From Escherichia coli (GTDB lineage Bacteria; Pseudomonadota; Gammaproteobacteria; Enterobacterales; Enterobacteriaceae): a stretch of DNA of 64,000 bases. Under the pieces are notes generated by a model. That model was not told the DNA's origin. It searched no databases and worked only from the letters and a program-made list of their open reading frames with translations. The stretch lies in assembly GCF_041248615.1 (NCBI RefSeq), contig NZ_CP158426.1; one strand, given 5' to 3'. Below are positions 1 through 10,796 of the stretch, in pieces; position 1 is the stretch's first letter; the number at the start of each line of letters is the position of its first letter. Both the position numbers and the translations under genes were made by a program.

Positions 1-227
1 CACAGCTTTTGTGCCGCGCGCTCAAATCCTCGTTCACGTATCACCGCATCCAGTGCCTGTAATGTTCTGTAGTCCGGGCGTTTCATTGCTGTTGTCTGCT
101 CCTGGTAAATGCTTTTTCCTGCACTATGACACAATTTTGTGTCAGGTTGCATATACCGAAGCCGTCGGCGGGTAACATTTGTATTCGTGGTTAAACGCGC
201 AGCTTAAAAGATCAGGGATTTGCGCTA

Positions 228-458
228 ATGCATTTCGCTCAGCGAGTTCGCGCCCTGGTTGTGTTGAATGGCGTGGCGTTATTGCCTCAATTTGCCTGTA
301 AACAGGGGCTTGTGAACGGTGAACTGGTGCGCCTGTTTGCTCCGTGGAGCGGCATACCCAGATTGTTGCATGCCTTATTTGCGGGGCGAAAGGGGATGCC
401 TGCCATTGCGCGATATTTTATGGATGAGTTAACCACGCGGCTTGCCAACGGGGTCTGA
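228..458 (+). pseudogene. yqfE: LysR-family regulator C-terminal fragment (yqfE-like remnant); upstream 1-227 shows only frame-broken pieces
   Basis: 76-aa ORF with LysR effector-domain-like sequence (ALVVLNGVALLP...), no intact N-terminal HTH domain upstream; position between argP side and rpiA matches the K-12 pseudogene. Confidence 0.5.
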
Positions 459-513
459 ATCGCTTTTTTTGTATATAATGCGTGTGAAATTTCATACCAC
501 AGGCGAAACGATC

Positions 514-1173
514 ATGACGCAGGATGAATTGAAAAAAGCAGTAGGATGGGCGGCACTTCAGTATGTCCAGCCCGGCACCATTGTTGGTGTAGGTACAGGT
601 TCCACCGCCGCACACTTTATTGACGCGCTCGGTACAATGAAAGGCCAGATTGAAGGGGCCGTTTCCAGTTCAGATGCTTCCACTGAAAAACTGAAAAGCC
701 TCGGCATTCACGTTTTTGATCTCAACGAAGTCGACAGCCTTGGCATCTACGTTGATGGCGCAGATGAAATCAACGGCCACATGCAAATGATCAAAGGCGG
801 CGGCGCGGCGCTGACCCGTGAAAAAATCATTGCTTCGGTTGCAGAAAAATTTATCTGTATTGCAGACGCTTCCAAGCAGGTTGATATTCTGGGTAAATTC
901 CCGCTGCCAGTAGAAGTTATCCCGATGGCACGTAGTGCAGTGGCGCGTCAGCTGGTGAAACTGGGCGGTCGTCCGGAATACCGTCAGGGCGTGGTGACCG
1001 ATAATGGCAACGTGATCCTCGACGTCCACGGCATGGAAATCCTTGACCCGATAGCGATGGAAAACGCCATAAATGCGATTCCTGGCGTGGTGACTGTTGG
1101 CTTGTTTGCTAACCGTGGCGCGGACGTTGCGCTGATTGGCACACCTGACGGTGTCAAAACCATTGTGAAATGA
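514..1173 (+). CDS. rpiA: ribose-5-phosphate isomerase A
   Basis: ORF track 442..1173; start refined to internal ATG ([12 protein letters not shown]...) giving the 219-aa product. Confidence 0.95.
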
Positions 1174-1428
1174 TCTGACGGGGGAACCTCCCCCGTTAAA
1201 AAAATTCTCTTCATTAAATTTGGTGACATGTGTCACGTTTTTACCTGGCTATTGTCGATTGCTCTAAATAAATCTTCTAAACCAGCATATTCATCCAAGA
1301 ATTACCTTTGCGTGATATTTCCTCAACATCGCGACGCAAACGTTCATATTGCCGCAATATTATTTTTTGATATGTTGAAAGGCGGACGCAAATCCGCACA
1401 CAACATTTCAAAAGACAGGATTGGGTAA

Positions 1429-2661
1429 ATGGCAAAGGTATCGCTGGAGAAAGACAAGATTAAGTTTCTGCTGGTAGAAGGCGTGCACCAAAAGGCGCTG
1501 GAAAGCCTTCGTGCAGCTGGTTACACCAACATCGAATTTCACAAAGGCGCGCTGGATGATGAACAATTAAAAGAATCCATCCGCGATGCCCACTTCATCG
1601 GCCTGCGATCCCGTACCCATCTGACTGAAGACGTGATCAACGCCGCAGAAAAACTGGTCGCTATTGGCTGTTTCTGTATCGGAACAAACCAGGTTGATCT
1701 GGATGCGGCGGCAAAGCGCGGGATCCCGGTATTTAACGCACCGTTCTCAAATACGCGCTCTGTTGCGGAGCTGGTGATTGGCGAACTGCTGCTGCTATTG
1801 CGCGGCGTGCCGGAAGCCAATGCTAAAGCGCACCGTGGCGTGTGGAACAAACTGGCGGCGGGTTCTTTTGAAGCGCGCGGCAAAAAGCTGGGTATCATCG
1901 GCTACGGTCATATTGGTACGCAATTGGGCATTCTGGCTGAATCGCTGGGAATGTATGTTTACTTTTATGATATTGAAAATAAACTGCCGCTGGGCAACGC
2001 CACTCAGGTACAGCATCTTTCTGACCTGCTGAATATGAGCGATGTGGTGAGTCTGCATGTACCAGAGAATCCGTCCACCAAAAATATGATGGGCGCGAAA
2101 GAAATTTCACTAATGAAGCCCGGCTCGCTGCTGATTAATGCTTCGCGCGGTACTGTGGTGGATATTCCGGCGCTGTGTGATGCGCTGGCGAGCAAACATC
2201 TGGCGGGGGCGGCAATCGACGTATTCCCGACGGAACCGGCGACCAATAGCGATCCATTTACCTCTCCGCTGTGTGAATTCGACAACGTCCTTCTGACGCC
2301 ACACATTGGCGGTTCGACTCAGGAAGCGCAGGAGAATATCGGCCTGGAAGTTGCGGGTAAATTGATCAAGTATTCTGACAATGGCTCAACGCTCTCTGCG
2401 GTGAACTTCCCGGAAGTCTCGCTGCCACTGCACGGTGGGCGTCGTCTGATGCACATCCACGAAAACCGTCCGGGCGTGCTAACTGCGCTGAACAAAATCT
2501 TCGCCGAGCAGGGCGTCAACATCGCCGCGCAATATCTGCAAACTTCCGCCCAGATGGGTTATGTGGTTATTGATATTGAAGCCGACGAAGACGTTGCCGA
2601 AAAAGCGCTGCAGGCAATGAAAGCTATTCCGGGTACCATTCGCGCCCGTCTGCTGTACTAA
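1429..2661 (+). CDS. serA: D-3-phosphoglycerate dehydrogenase
   Basis: 410-aa ORF MAKVSLEKDKIKFLLVEGVHQ..., full length. Confidence 0.97.
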   Translation: MAKVSLEKDKIKFLLVEGVHQKALESLRAAGYTNIEFHKGALDDEQLKESIRDAHFIGLRSRTHLTEDVINAAEKLVAIGCFCIGTNQVDLDAAAKRGIPVFNAPFSNTRSVAELVIGELLLLLRGVPEANAKAHRGVWNKLAAGSFEARGKKLGIIGYGHIGTQLGILAESLGMYVYFYDIENKLPLGNATQVQHLSDLLNMSDVVSLHVPENPSTKNMMGAKEISLMKPGSLLINASRGTVVDIPALCDALASKHLAGAAIDVFPTEPATNSDPFTSPLCEFDNVLLTPHIGGSTQEAQENIGLEVAGKLIKYSDNGSTLSAVNFPEVSLPLHGGRRLMHIHENRPGVLTALNKIFAEQGVNIAAQYLQTSAQMGYVVIDIEADEDVAEKALQAMKAIPGTIRARLLY

Positions 2662-2681
2662 TTCCCCTTCTCTGAAAATCA

Positions 2682-2712
2682 ACGGGCAGGTCACTGACTT
2701 GCCCGTTTTTTT
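2682..2712 (+). terminator. rho-independent terminator after serA
   Basis: GC hairpin acgggcaggtcactgacttgcccgt followed by a T7 run. Confidence 0.8.
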
Positions 2713-2835
2713 ATCCCTTCTCCACACCGTTGCCGCGTTGCGCATTCTACTTTGCGAGTCTGCTCCAGAAAATAAATCAAAGTCAGATCAATGCGTTGTG
2801 TTTATTTAATGGGGATTTACGATGGCAGGGCAGCA

Positions 2836-2980
2836 TGGGGCTGTAACGGTAAAGCCCTCACCGAAGCGAGGGCTTGAAGGAGAAGGGTTATGATGCGACT
2901 TGTCATCATACTGATTGTACTGTTACTCATAAGTTTCAGCGCTTATTAACAGTCAGTCTCAGGGGAGGAGCAATCCTCCC
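2836..2980 (-). ncRNA. sibC: SibC antisense sRNA (antitoxin to ibsC); boundaries approximate
   Basis: Sib RNAs are encoded opposite ibs ORFs (established); stem-loops flank the ibsC ORF (gccctcaccgaagcgagggc, gggaggagcaatcctccc); ends not determinable from sequence alone. Confidence 0.45.
2890..2949 (+). CDS. ibsC: type I toxin IbsC, 19-aa hydrophobic peptide (MMRLVIILIVLLLISFSAY)
   Basis: short ORF with SD aaggagaaggg upstream; sequence recognised as Ibs family; lies in the serA–ygfA spacer as in K-12. Confidence 0.75.
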   Translation: MMRLVIILIVLLLISFSAY

Positions 2981-3049
2981 TTACCCTTACTCACTAAATT
3001 AGGTCAAAGAATCAACGATGTCAATCAGGGCGATGCAGGTGTGTCGCCC

Positions 3050-3598
3050 TTACCACTCCCAGACTTTCGACGGTGTAACCACCGCAGGCAGTGGGATATC
3101 CCACTCTTCAACGGGGAGTTTTTCCACCAACTGACAATCATGCGCATAACCCACCGGTTGCATTTTATAGTGCTGCCAGTTTTGTAAGGTCCGATCATAA
3201 AAACCTCCGCCCATTCCCAGGCGCTGACCGTACTCATCAAAGGCGACCAGGGGGGTGATCAGGACGTCTAATCGGGAAAGGGGGAGCACGTCACGCACAT
3301 CCAATTTTGGCTCATGGATCTTCAACCTGTTCATCACCAGTTCGCTTTGCGGATGGTAATTCAGGAACAGCAAATTACCGGCACTAAAGGGATGCAAAAC
3401 TGGAAGATATACGCGCTTACCGGCGCGCCAGAGTTGTTCTATGAGTGGCTGGGTGTCGAGTTCGCCATCAAAAGAGAGGAATACAGCGACCGTATGTGCC
3501 ATCACCACCGGGGGATAAGTCATCATCCGGGTAGCGGCTTGTTGACCCATTTCCTGCTGTTGTTCCGGCGTTAACGCACGACGACGTTGCCGAATCAT
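3050..3598 (-). CDS. ygfA: 5-formyltetrahydrofolate cyclo-ligase
   Basis: ORF track 3050..3796; start refined to MIRQRRRALTPEQ (182 aa) because the upstream part of the ORF overlaps 6S RNA. Confidence 0.9.
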   Translation of the reverse strand: MIRQRRRALTPEQQQEMGQQAATRMMTYPPVVMAHTVAVFLSFDGELDTQPLIEQLWRAGKRVYLPVLHPFSAGNLLFLNYHPQSELVMNRLKIHEPKLDVRDVLPLSRLDVLITPLVAFDEYGQRLGMGGGFYDRTLQNWQHYKMQPVGYAHDCQLVEKLPVEEWDIPLPAVVTPSKVWEW

Positions 3599-3670
3599 TT
3601 TGCGGATTTCTTGTCGGGATAATGTCAGTGGGAGTTCTGGTAGTTGCGTCATGGCTGGTGCCAGATAAGA

Positions 3671-3856
3671 AGGGAATCTCCGAGATGCCGCCGCAGGCTG
3701 TAACCCTTGAACCCTTGGTTCAAGGTGAATGTGTCGTCGCAGTTTTAAGGCTTCTCGGACGGACCGAGCATGCTCACCAACCGCGGAGCGCCACATTCTT
3801 GTGGTATGAAATATCGGCTCAGGGGACTGGCCCGCTTGCGAACATCTCAGAGAAAT
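3671..3856 (-). ncRNA. ssrS: 6S RNA
   Basis: reverse complement reads AUUUCUCUGAGAUGUUCGCAAGCGGGCCAGUCCCCUGAGCC...GGAGAUUCCCU, matching 6S RNA from memory; immediately upstream of and co-oriented with ygfA. Confidence 0.92.
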
Positions 3857-3897
3857 TTTGTCTTCACGGTTACTCTACCACAGTAAACCGAAAAGTG

Positions 3898-4293
<396 letters not shown>

Positions 4294-4394
4294 CTATAGC
4301 TACCCTGATGAGAAGAGACAAGCCCTTTTCTGGTCCACCAGGGCCCAAAGTGGTAGCATATCATGAATATTCCTCCCTTTGACGACGAATGCTT

Positions 4395-4973
4395 ATGTCT
4401 ATACAGAACGAAATGCCTGGTTACAACGAAATGAACCAGTATCTGAACCAACAAGGGACGGGTCTGACCCCAGCTGAGATGCATGGTTTAATCAGCGGGA
4501 TGATATGTGGCGGTAACGATGACAGCTCATGGCTACCGCTACTTCACGACCTGACGAACGAAGGCATGGCTTTCGGTCATGAGCTGGCACAGGCACTGCG
4601 TAAAATGCACTCTGCCACCAGCGATGCCCTGCAGGATGACGGCTTCCTTTTTCAGCTTTATCTGCCTGATGGCGATGATGTCAGCGTTTTCGATCGGGCT
4701 GATGCATTGGCAGGTTGGGTCAATCACTTCCTGCTTGGTCTTGGCGTTACGCAACCGAAGCTGGATAAAGTGACCGGCGAAACCGGTGAAGCTATCGACG
4801 ATCTGCGTAACATTGCGCAACTGGGTTACGACGAAGACGAAGATCAGGAAGAGCTTGAAATGTCGCTTGAAGAGATCATCGAATACGTTCGTGTTGCCGC
4901 GCTGTTATGCCACGACACCTTTACTCATCCGCAACCGACCGCGCCAGAAGTACAAAAACCGACTCTACACTAA
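4395..4973 (+). CDS. ygfB: UPF0149 family protein YgfB
   Basis: ORF track 4389..4973; start at [15 protein letters not shown] (192 aa). Confidence 0.9.
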
Positions 4974-4998
4974 AAACAAAAAACGTAAGGAGAGTGTT

Positions 4999-6324
4999 AT
5001 GAGTGAGATATCCCGGCAAGAGTTTCAGCGTCGCCGTCAGGCCCTGGTGGAGCAAATGCAACCCGGCAGCGCCGCGCTGATTTTTGCTGCACCAGAAGTA
5101 ACACGTAGCGCCGACAGCGAATACCCCTATCGTCAGAACAGTGACTTCTGGTACTTCACCGGCTTTAACGAACCGGAAGCGGTGCTGGTGCTGATTAAAA
5201 GCGATGACACTCATAACCACAGCGTTCTGTTTAACCGCGTTCGCGACCTGACGGCGGAGATCTGGTTTGGCCGTCGCTTAGGCCAGGATGCCGCGCCAGA
5301 GAAACTGGGCGTTGACCGCGCACTGGCATTCAGCGAAATCAATCAGCAACTTTATCAACTACTTAACGGCCTGGATGTGGTTTACCATGCCCAGGGCGAA
5401 TATGCATATGCTGATGAAATCGTGAACAGTGCGCTGGAAAAACTGCGTAAAGGTTCGCGGCAAAATCTCACCGCACCGGCAACGATGATCGACTGGCGTC
5501 CTGTTGTTCATGAAATGCGCCTGTTCAAATCGCCAGAAGAGATTGCCGTACTCCGCCGCGCGGGAGAAATCACCGCCATGGCACATACCCGGGCGATGGA
5601 AAAATGCCGTCCGGGAATGTTCGAGTACCATCTGGAAGGCGAAATTCACCACGAATTTAACCGCCACGGTGCGCGCTATCCGTCCTATAACACCATTGTC
5701 GGCAGCGGTGAAAACGGCTGCATTCTGCACTACACCGAAAACGAGTGTGAAATGCGCGACGGCGATCTGGTGTTGATTGACGCGGGTTGCGAATACAAAG
5801 GTTACGCTGGCGATATTACCCGCACCTTCCCGGTCAACGGCAAATTCACCCAGGCCCAGCGTGAAATCTACGACATTGTGCTGGAGTCTCTCGAAACCAG
5901 CCTGCGCCTGTATCGTCCGGGAACTTCCATTCTGGAAGTCACTGGTGAAGTGGTGCGCATCATGGTTAGCGGCCTGGTAAAACTCGGCATCCTGAAAGGT
6001 GATGTTGATGAACTGATCGCTCAGAACGCCCATCGTCCTTTCTTTATGCATGGCCTTAGCCACTGGTTAGGACTGGATGTCCATGACGTTGGCGTTTATG
6101 GTCAGGATCGCTCGCGCATTCTGGAACCGGGGATGGTACTGACCGTAGAGCCTGGTCTGTATATCGCGCCGGATGCGGATGTGCCAGAACAATATCGCGG
6201 TATCGGCATTCGTATTGAAGACGACATTGTGATTACCGAAACCGGTAACGAAAACCTCACCGCCAGCGTGGTGAAAAAGCCGGAAGAAATCGAAGCGTTG
6301 ATGGCTGCTGCGAGAAAGCAATGA
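4999..6324 (+). CDS. pepP: Xaa-Pro aminopeptidase (aminopeptidase P II)
   Basis: ORF track 4786..6324; start refined to MSEISRQEFQRRRQAL (441 aa) preceded by aaggagag SD. Confidence 0.95.
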   Translation: MSEISRQEFQRRRQALVEQMQPGSAALIFAAPEVTRSADSEYPYRQNSDFWYFTGFNEPEAVLVLIKSDDTHNHSVLFNRVRDLTAEIWFGRRLGQDAAPEKLGVDRALAFSEINQQLYQLLNGLDVVYHAQGEYAYADEIVNSALEKLRKGSRQNLTAPATMIDWRPVVHEMRLFKSPEEIAVLRRAGEITAMAHTRAMEKCRPGMFEYHLEGEIHHEFNRHGARYPSYNTIVGSGENGCILHYTENECEMRDGDLVLIDAGCEYKGYAGDITRTFPVNGKFTQAQREIYDIVLESLETSLRLYRPGTSILEVTGEVVRIMVSGLVKLGILKGDVDELIAQNAHRPFFMHGLSHWLGLDVHDVGVYGQDRSRILEPGMVLTVEPGLYIAPDADVPEQYRGIGIRIEDDIVITETGNENLTASVVKKPEEIEALMAAARKQ

Positions 6325-7499
6325 GCGTAATCATCGTCGGTGGCGGCATGGCGGGCGCGACGCTGGCGCTGGCTATTTCCCGGTTAAGTCACGGGGCGCT
6401 GCCGGTACATTTGATTGAAGCGACTGCGCCAGAGTCACATGCTCATCCGGGCTTTGATGGACGAGCGATAGCGCTGGCGGCGGGTACCTGTCAGCAACTG
6501 GCGCGCATCGGCGTCTGGCAATCTCTGGCGGATTGCGCAACTGCCATCACCACCGTGCATGTCAGCGATCGTGGTCACGCTGGATTTGTCACCCTTGCCG
6601 CAGAAGATTACCAACTGGCGGCGCTGGGACAGGTTGTCGAATTGCACAATGTCGGGCAACGGCTGTTTGCATTGCTGCGTAAAGCACCTGGCGTAACGCT
6701 GCATTGCCCTGATCGCGTGGCTAACGTTGCCCGTACTCAGAGTCACGTTGAAGTGACGCTGGAGAGTGGCGAGACGCTGACGGGCCGCGTGCTGGTAGCC
6801 GCTGATGGCACCCATTCAGCGTTAGCCACCGCGTGCGGCGTTGACTGGCAGCAGGAGCCTTACGAACAACTGGCAGTGATTGCCAACGTTGCTACTTCTG
6901 TTGCGCACGAAGGCCGCGCTTTTGAACGCTTCACGCAACATGGCCCGCTGGCGATGTTGCCGATGTCTGACGGACGCTGTTCGCTGGTCTGGTGTCATCC
7001 ACTGGAACGGCGCGAAGAGGTGCTGTCGTGGAGTGACGAGAAGTTTTGCCGTGAGCTCCAGTCGGCCTTTGGCTGGCGACTTGGAAAAATTACCCACGCC
7101 GGTAAACGCAGTGCTTATCCGCTGGCGTTAACCCGCGCCGCCAGAGCTATTACCCATCGTACCGTGCTGGTGGGCAATGCGGCGCAAACCCTGCACCCGA
7201 TTGCCGGGCAAGGGTTCAACCTCGGTATGCGAGATGTGATGAGTCTTGCGGAAACCCTGACTCAGGCGCAGGAGCGCGGAGAAGACATGGGGGATTACGG
7301 CGTATTGTGCCGTTATCAGCAGCGTCGACAGAGCGATCGCGAAGCAACCATCGGCGTCACGGACAGCCTGGTACATCTTTTTGCCAACCGTTGGGCACCG
7401 CTGGTTGTCGGGCGCAACATCGGACTGATGACGATGGAATTATTCACCCCGGCACGCGATGTGCTGGCGCAGCGCACCCTCGGTTGGGTGGCGCGTTGA
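6321..7499 (+). CDS. ubiH: 2-octaprenyl-6-methoxyphenol hydroxylase
   Basis: 392-aa ORF MSVIIVGGGMAGATLALAIS...; 4-nt overlap with the pepP stop. Confidence 0.95.
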   Translation: MSVIIVGGGMAGATLALAISRLSHGALPVHLIEATAPESHAHPGFDGRAIALAAGTCQQLARIGVWQSLADCATAITTVHVSDRGHAGFVTLAAEDYQLAALGQVVELHNVGQRLFALLRKAPGVTLHCPDRVANVARTQSHVEVTLESGETLTGRVLVAADGTHSALATACGVDWQQEPYEQLAVIANVATSVAHEGRAFERFTQHGPLAMLPMSDGRCSLVWCHPLERREEVLSWSDEKFCRELQSAFGWRLGKITHAGKRSAYPLALTRAARAITHRTVLVGNAAQTLHPIAGQGFNLGMRDVMSLAETLTQAQERGEDMGDYGVLCRYQQRRQSDREATIGVTDSLVHLFANRWAPLVVGRNIGLMTMELFTPARDVLAQRTLGWVAR

Positions 7500-7521
7500 A
7501 GGCGGTTTTAAGGAATAAACA

Positions 7522-8724
7522 ATGCAAAGTGTTGATGTAGCCATTGTTGGTGGCGGCATGGTGGGGCTGGCGGTTGCCTGCGGCTTACAGGGGAGCGGCT
7601 TACGCGTTGCCGTACTGGAGCAGCGCGTACCGGAACCTCTGGCGGCGGATGCACCACCACAACTGCGCGTTTCGGCTATCAATGCCGCCAGCGAAAAATT
7701 ACTCACCCGTCTTGGCGTCTGGCAGGACATTCTCTCTCGTAGGGCCAGTTGTTATCACGGTATGGAAGTGTGGGACAAAGACAGTTTTGGTCACATTTCG
7801 TTTGACGATCAAAGCATGGGCTATAGCCATCTTGGGCATATCGTTGAAAACTCAGTGATTCACTACGCGCTGTGGAACAAAGCGCAGCAGTCGTCAGATA
7901 TCACTCTGTTGGCCCCCGCAGAATTACAGCAGGTCGCCTGGGGAGAAAATGAAACTTTCCTGACGCTGAAAGATGGCAGCATGTTAACGGCGCGTCTGGT
8001 GATTGGCGCGGACGGTGCTAATTCCTGGTTGCGCAACAAAGCAGATATTCCGCTGACTTTCTGGGATTATCAGCATCACGCGCTGGTAGCGACCATTCGC
8101 ACGGAAGAACCGCATGATGCGGTGGCGCGGCAGGTTTTCCATGGCGAAGGCATTCTGGCCTTTTTACCGCTTAGCGATCCGCATCTTTGCTCAATTGTCT
8201 GGTCACTGTCGCCAGAGGAAGCGCAGCGGATGCAGCAGGCAAGTGAAGATGAATTTAATCGCGCGTTAAATATCGCTTTTGATAATCGCCTGGGCTTATG
8301 CAAGGTTGAGAGCGCGCGTCAGGTGTTCCCACTGACGGGGCGTTATGCGCGCCAGTTTGCCGCGCACCGTCTGGTGCTGGTGGGCGACGCCGCGCATACC
8401 ATTCACCCGCTGGCGGGGCAGGGAGTAAATCTCGGCTTTATGGATGCTGCAGAGCTGATTGCTGAACTGAAACGGTTGCATCGTCAGGGGAAAGACATCG
8501 GGCAGTACATTTACCTGCGCCGGTATGAGCGTAGCCGCAAGCACAGTGCGGCGCTGATGCTGGCTGGTATGCAGGGATTCCGCGATCTGTTTTCCGGTAC
8601 CAATCCGGCGAAAAAACTGCTGCGTGATATTGGTTTGAAACTGGCCGACACGCTTCCTGGCGTTAAACCACAACTTATCCGCCAGGCAATGGGATTAAAC
8701 GATTTGCCTGAATGGCTGCGTTAA
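7522..8724 (+). CDS. ubiI: 2-octaprenylphenol hydroxylase (VisC)
   Basis: 400-aa ORF MQSVDVAIVGGGMVGLAVACGLQ..., FAD-binding GXGXXG motif. Confidence 0.95.
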   Translation: MQSVDVAIVGGGMVGLAVACGLQGSGLRVAVLEQRVPEPLAADAPPQLRVSAINAASEKLLTRLGVWQDILSRRASCYHGMEVWDKDSFGHISFDDQSMGYSHLGHIVENSVIHYALWNKAQQSSDITLLAPAELQQVAWGENETFLTLKDGSMLTARLVIGADGANSWLRNKADIPLTFWDYQHHALVATIRTEEPHDAVARQVFHGEGILAFLPLSDPHLCSIVWSLSPEEAQRMQQASEDEFNRALNIAFDNRLGLCKVESARQVFPLTGRYARQFAAHRLVLVGDAAHTIHPLAGQGVNLGFMDAAELIAELKRLHRQGKDIGQYIYLRRYERSRKHSAALMLAGMQGFRDLFSGTNPAKKLLRDIGLKLADTLPGVKPQLIRQAMGLNDLPEWLR

Positions 8725-8767
8725 AAATTTCTCTTCTGCTGTTTATTTGATACCCATCACACTTTCA

Positions 8768-8797
8768 TCTCCCGGTTTTTTCGCCGGGAGATTTTCC
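8768..8797 (+). terminator. rho-independent terminator after ubiI
   Basis: hairpin tctcccgg-ttttttcg-ccgggaga followed by T-rich tract. Confidence 0.7.
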
Positions 8798-8799
8798 TC

Positions 8800-9170
8800 A
8801 TTTGAAATAAACTAATTTCACCTCCGTTTTCGCATTATATTTTCTAATGTCATTATTTTTTGATTTAGTGTTTTTTGACATTTTTTTAGCTCTTAATATT
8901 GCCTTATTCAAATTAGCTTTCTAATGGCATCATCTTTATATAGAAACTGGTGTGTTTTTTGGTTTTTTATTCTGTCGCGATTTTGGCGTTTTTTAACCAT
9001 AAGCTAATGTGATGATCAATTTTACCTTATGGTTAACAGTCTGTTTCGGTGGTAAGTTCAGGCAAAAGAGAACGATTGCGTTGGGGACCGGGAGTGGCTC
9101 CGATGCTGGGTTTCGTGGTGATAATTTCACCATGAAAAGTTGTCAGCCCCGCTTATTCAATGAGGACAAG
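8800..9170 (+). promoter_or_regulatory. gcvTHP promoter/regulatory region (AT-rich; GcvA/Lrp/PurR sites expected here)
   Basis: long AT-rich spacer upstream of gcvT; specific binding sites not individually resolved by eye. Confidence 0.4.
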
Positions 9171-10265
9171 ATGGCACAACAGACTCCTTTGTACGAACAA
9201 CACACGCTTTGCGGCGCTCGCATGGTGGATTTCCACGGCTGGATGATGCCGCTGCATTACGGTTCGCAAATCGACGAACATCATGCGGTACGTACCGATG
9301 CCGGAATGTTTGATGTGTCACATATGACCATCGTCGATCTTCGCGGCAGCCGCACCCGGGAGTTTCTGCGTTATCTGCTGGCGAACGATGTGGCGAAGCT
9401 CACCAAAAGCGGCAAAGCCCTTTACTCGGGGATGTTGAATGCCTCTGGCGGTGTGATAGATGACCTCATCGTCTACTACTTTACTGAAGATTTCTTCCGC
9501 CTCGTTGTTAACTCCGCCACCCGCGAAAAAGACCTCTCCTGGATTACCCAACACGCTGAACCTTTCGGCATCGAAATTACCGTTCGTGATGACCTTTCCA
9601 TGATTGCCGTGCAAGGGCCGAATGCGCAGGCAAAAGCTGCCACACTGTTTAATGACGCCCAGCGTCAGGCGGTGGAAGGGATGAAACCGTTCTTTGGCGT
9701 GCAGGCGGGCGATCTGTTTATTGCCACCACTGGTTATACCGGTGAAGCGGGCTATGAAATTGCGCTGCCCAATGAAAAAGCGGCCGATTTCTGGCGTGCG
9801 CTGGTGGAAGCGGGTGTTAAGCCATGTGGCTTGGGCGCGCGTGACACGCTGCGTCTGGAAGCGGGCATGAATCTTTATGGTCAGGAGATGGACGAAACCA
9901 TCTCTCCTTTAGCCGCCAACATGGGCTGGACTATCGCCTGGGAACCGGCAGATCGTGACTTTATCGGTCGTGAAGCCCTGGAAGTGCAGCGTGAGCATGG
10001 TACAGAAAAACTGGTTGGTCTGGTGATGACCGAAAAAGGCGTGCTGCGTAATGAACTGCCGGTACGCTTTACCGATGCGCAGGGCAACCAGCATGAAGGC
10101 ATTATCACCAGCGGTACTTTCTCCCCGACGCTGGGTTACAGCATTGCGCTGGCGCGCGTGCCGGAAGGTATTGGCGAAACGGCGATTGTGCAAATTCGCA
10201 ACCGTGAAATGCCGGTTAAAGTGACAAAACCTGTTTTTGTGCGTAACGGCAAAGCCGTCGCGTGA
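9171..10265 (+). CDS. gcvT: glycine cleavage system aminomethyltransferase T
   Basis: ORF track 9009..10265; start refined to [13 protein letters not shown] (364 aa). Confidence 0.95.
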
Positions 10266-10288
10266 TTTACTTTTTTGGAGATTGATTG

Positions 10289-10678
10289 ATGAGCAACGTA
10301 CCAGCAGAACTGAAATACAGCAAAGAACACGAATGGCTGCGTAAAGAAGCCGACGGCACTTACACCGTTGGTATTACCGAACATGCTCAGGAGCTGTTAG
10401 GCGATATGGTGTTTGTTGACCTGCCGGAAGTGGGCGCAACGGTTAGCGCGGGCGATGACTGCGCGGTTGCCGAATCAGTAAAAGCGGCGTCAGACATTTA
10501 TGCGCCAGTAAGCGGTGAAATCGTGGCGGTAAACGACGCACTGAGCGATTCCCCGGAACTGGTGAACAGCGAACCGTATGCAGGTGGCTGGATCTTTAAA
10601 ATCAAAGCCAGCGATGAAAGCGAACTGGAATCACTGCTGGATGCGACCGCATACGAAGCATTGCTAGAAGACGAGTAA
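10289..10678 (+). CDS. gcvH: glycine cleavage system lipoyl-carrier protein H
   Basis: 129-aa [20 protein letters not shown]...; the first codon in the ORF track is TTG, ATG at 10289. Confidence 0.95.
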
Positions 10679-10796
10679 CGGCTTTATTCCTCTTCTGCGG
10701 GAGAGGATCAGGGTGAGGAAAATTTATGCCTCACCCTCACTCTCTTCGTAAGGAGAGAGGTTCACAATTCACTGCACGTTTCAGGAACCATCGCTC

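Noticed and set aside
670-1236. 188-aa minus-strand ORF inside rpiA
   Set aside because: Antisense to rpiA; shadow ORF.
1228-1428. 66-aa ORF between rpiA and serA
   Set aside because: Lies in the serA promoter/regulatory region; AT-rich with no SD; likely non-coding.
4786-4998. N-terminal extensions of ORF-track entries (pepP, gcvT 9009, uacT to 28478, guaD to 34070, xanQ to 35422, ssnA to 40621, hyuA to 49700, bglA to 16193, rpiA from 442)
   Set aside because: The extensions lack SD sequences, run into upstream genes or promoters, and the internal starts give the known protein lengths.
5359-6063. 234-aa minus-strand ORF inside pepP
   Set aside because: Antisense to pepP; shadow ORF.
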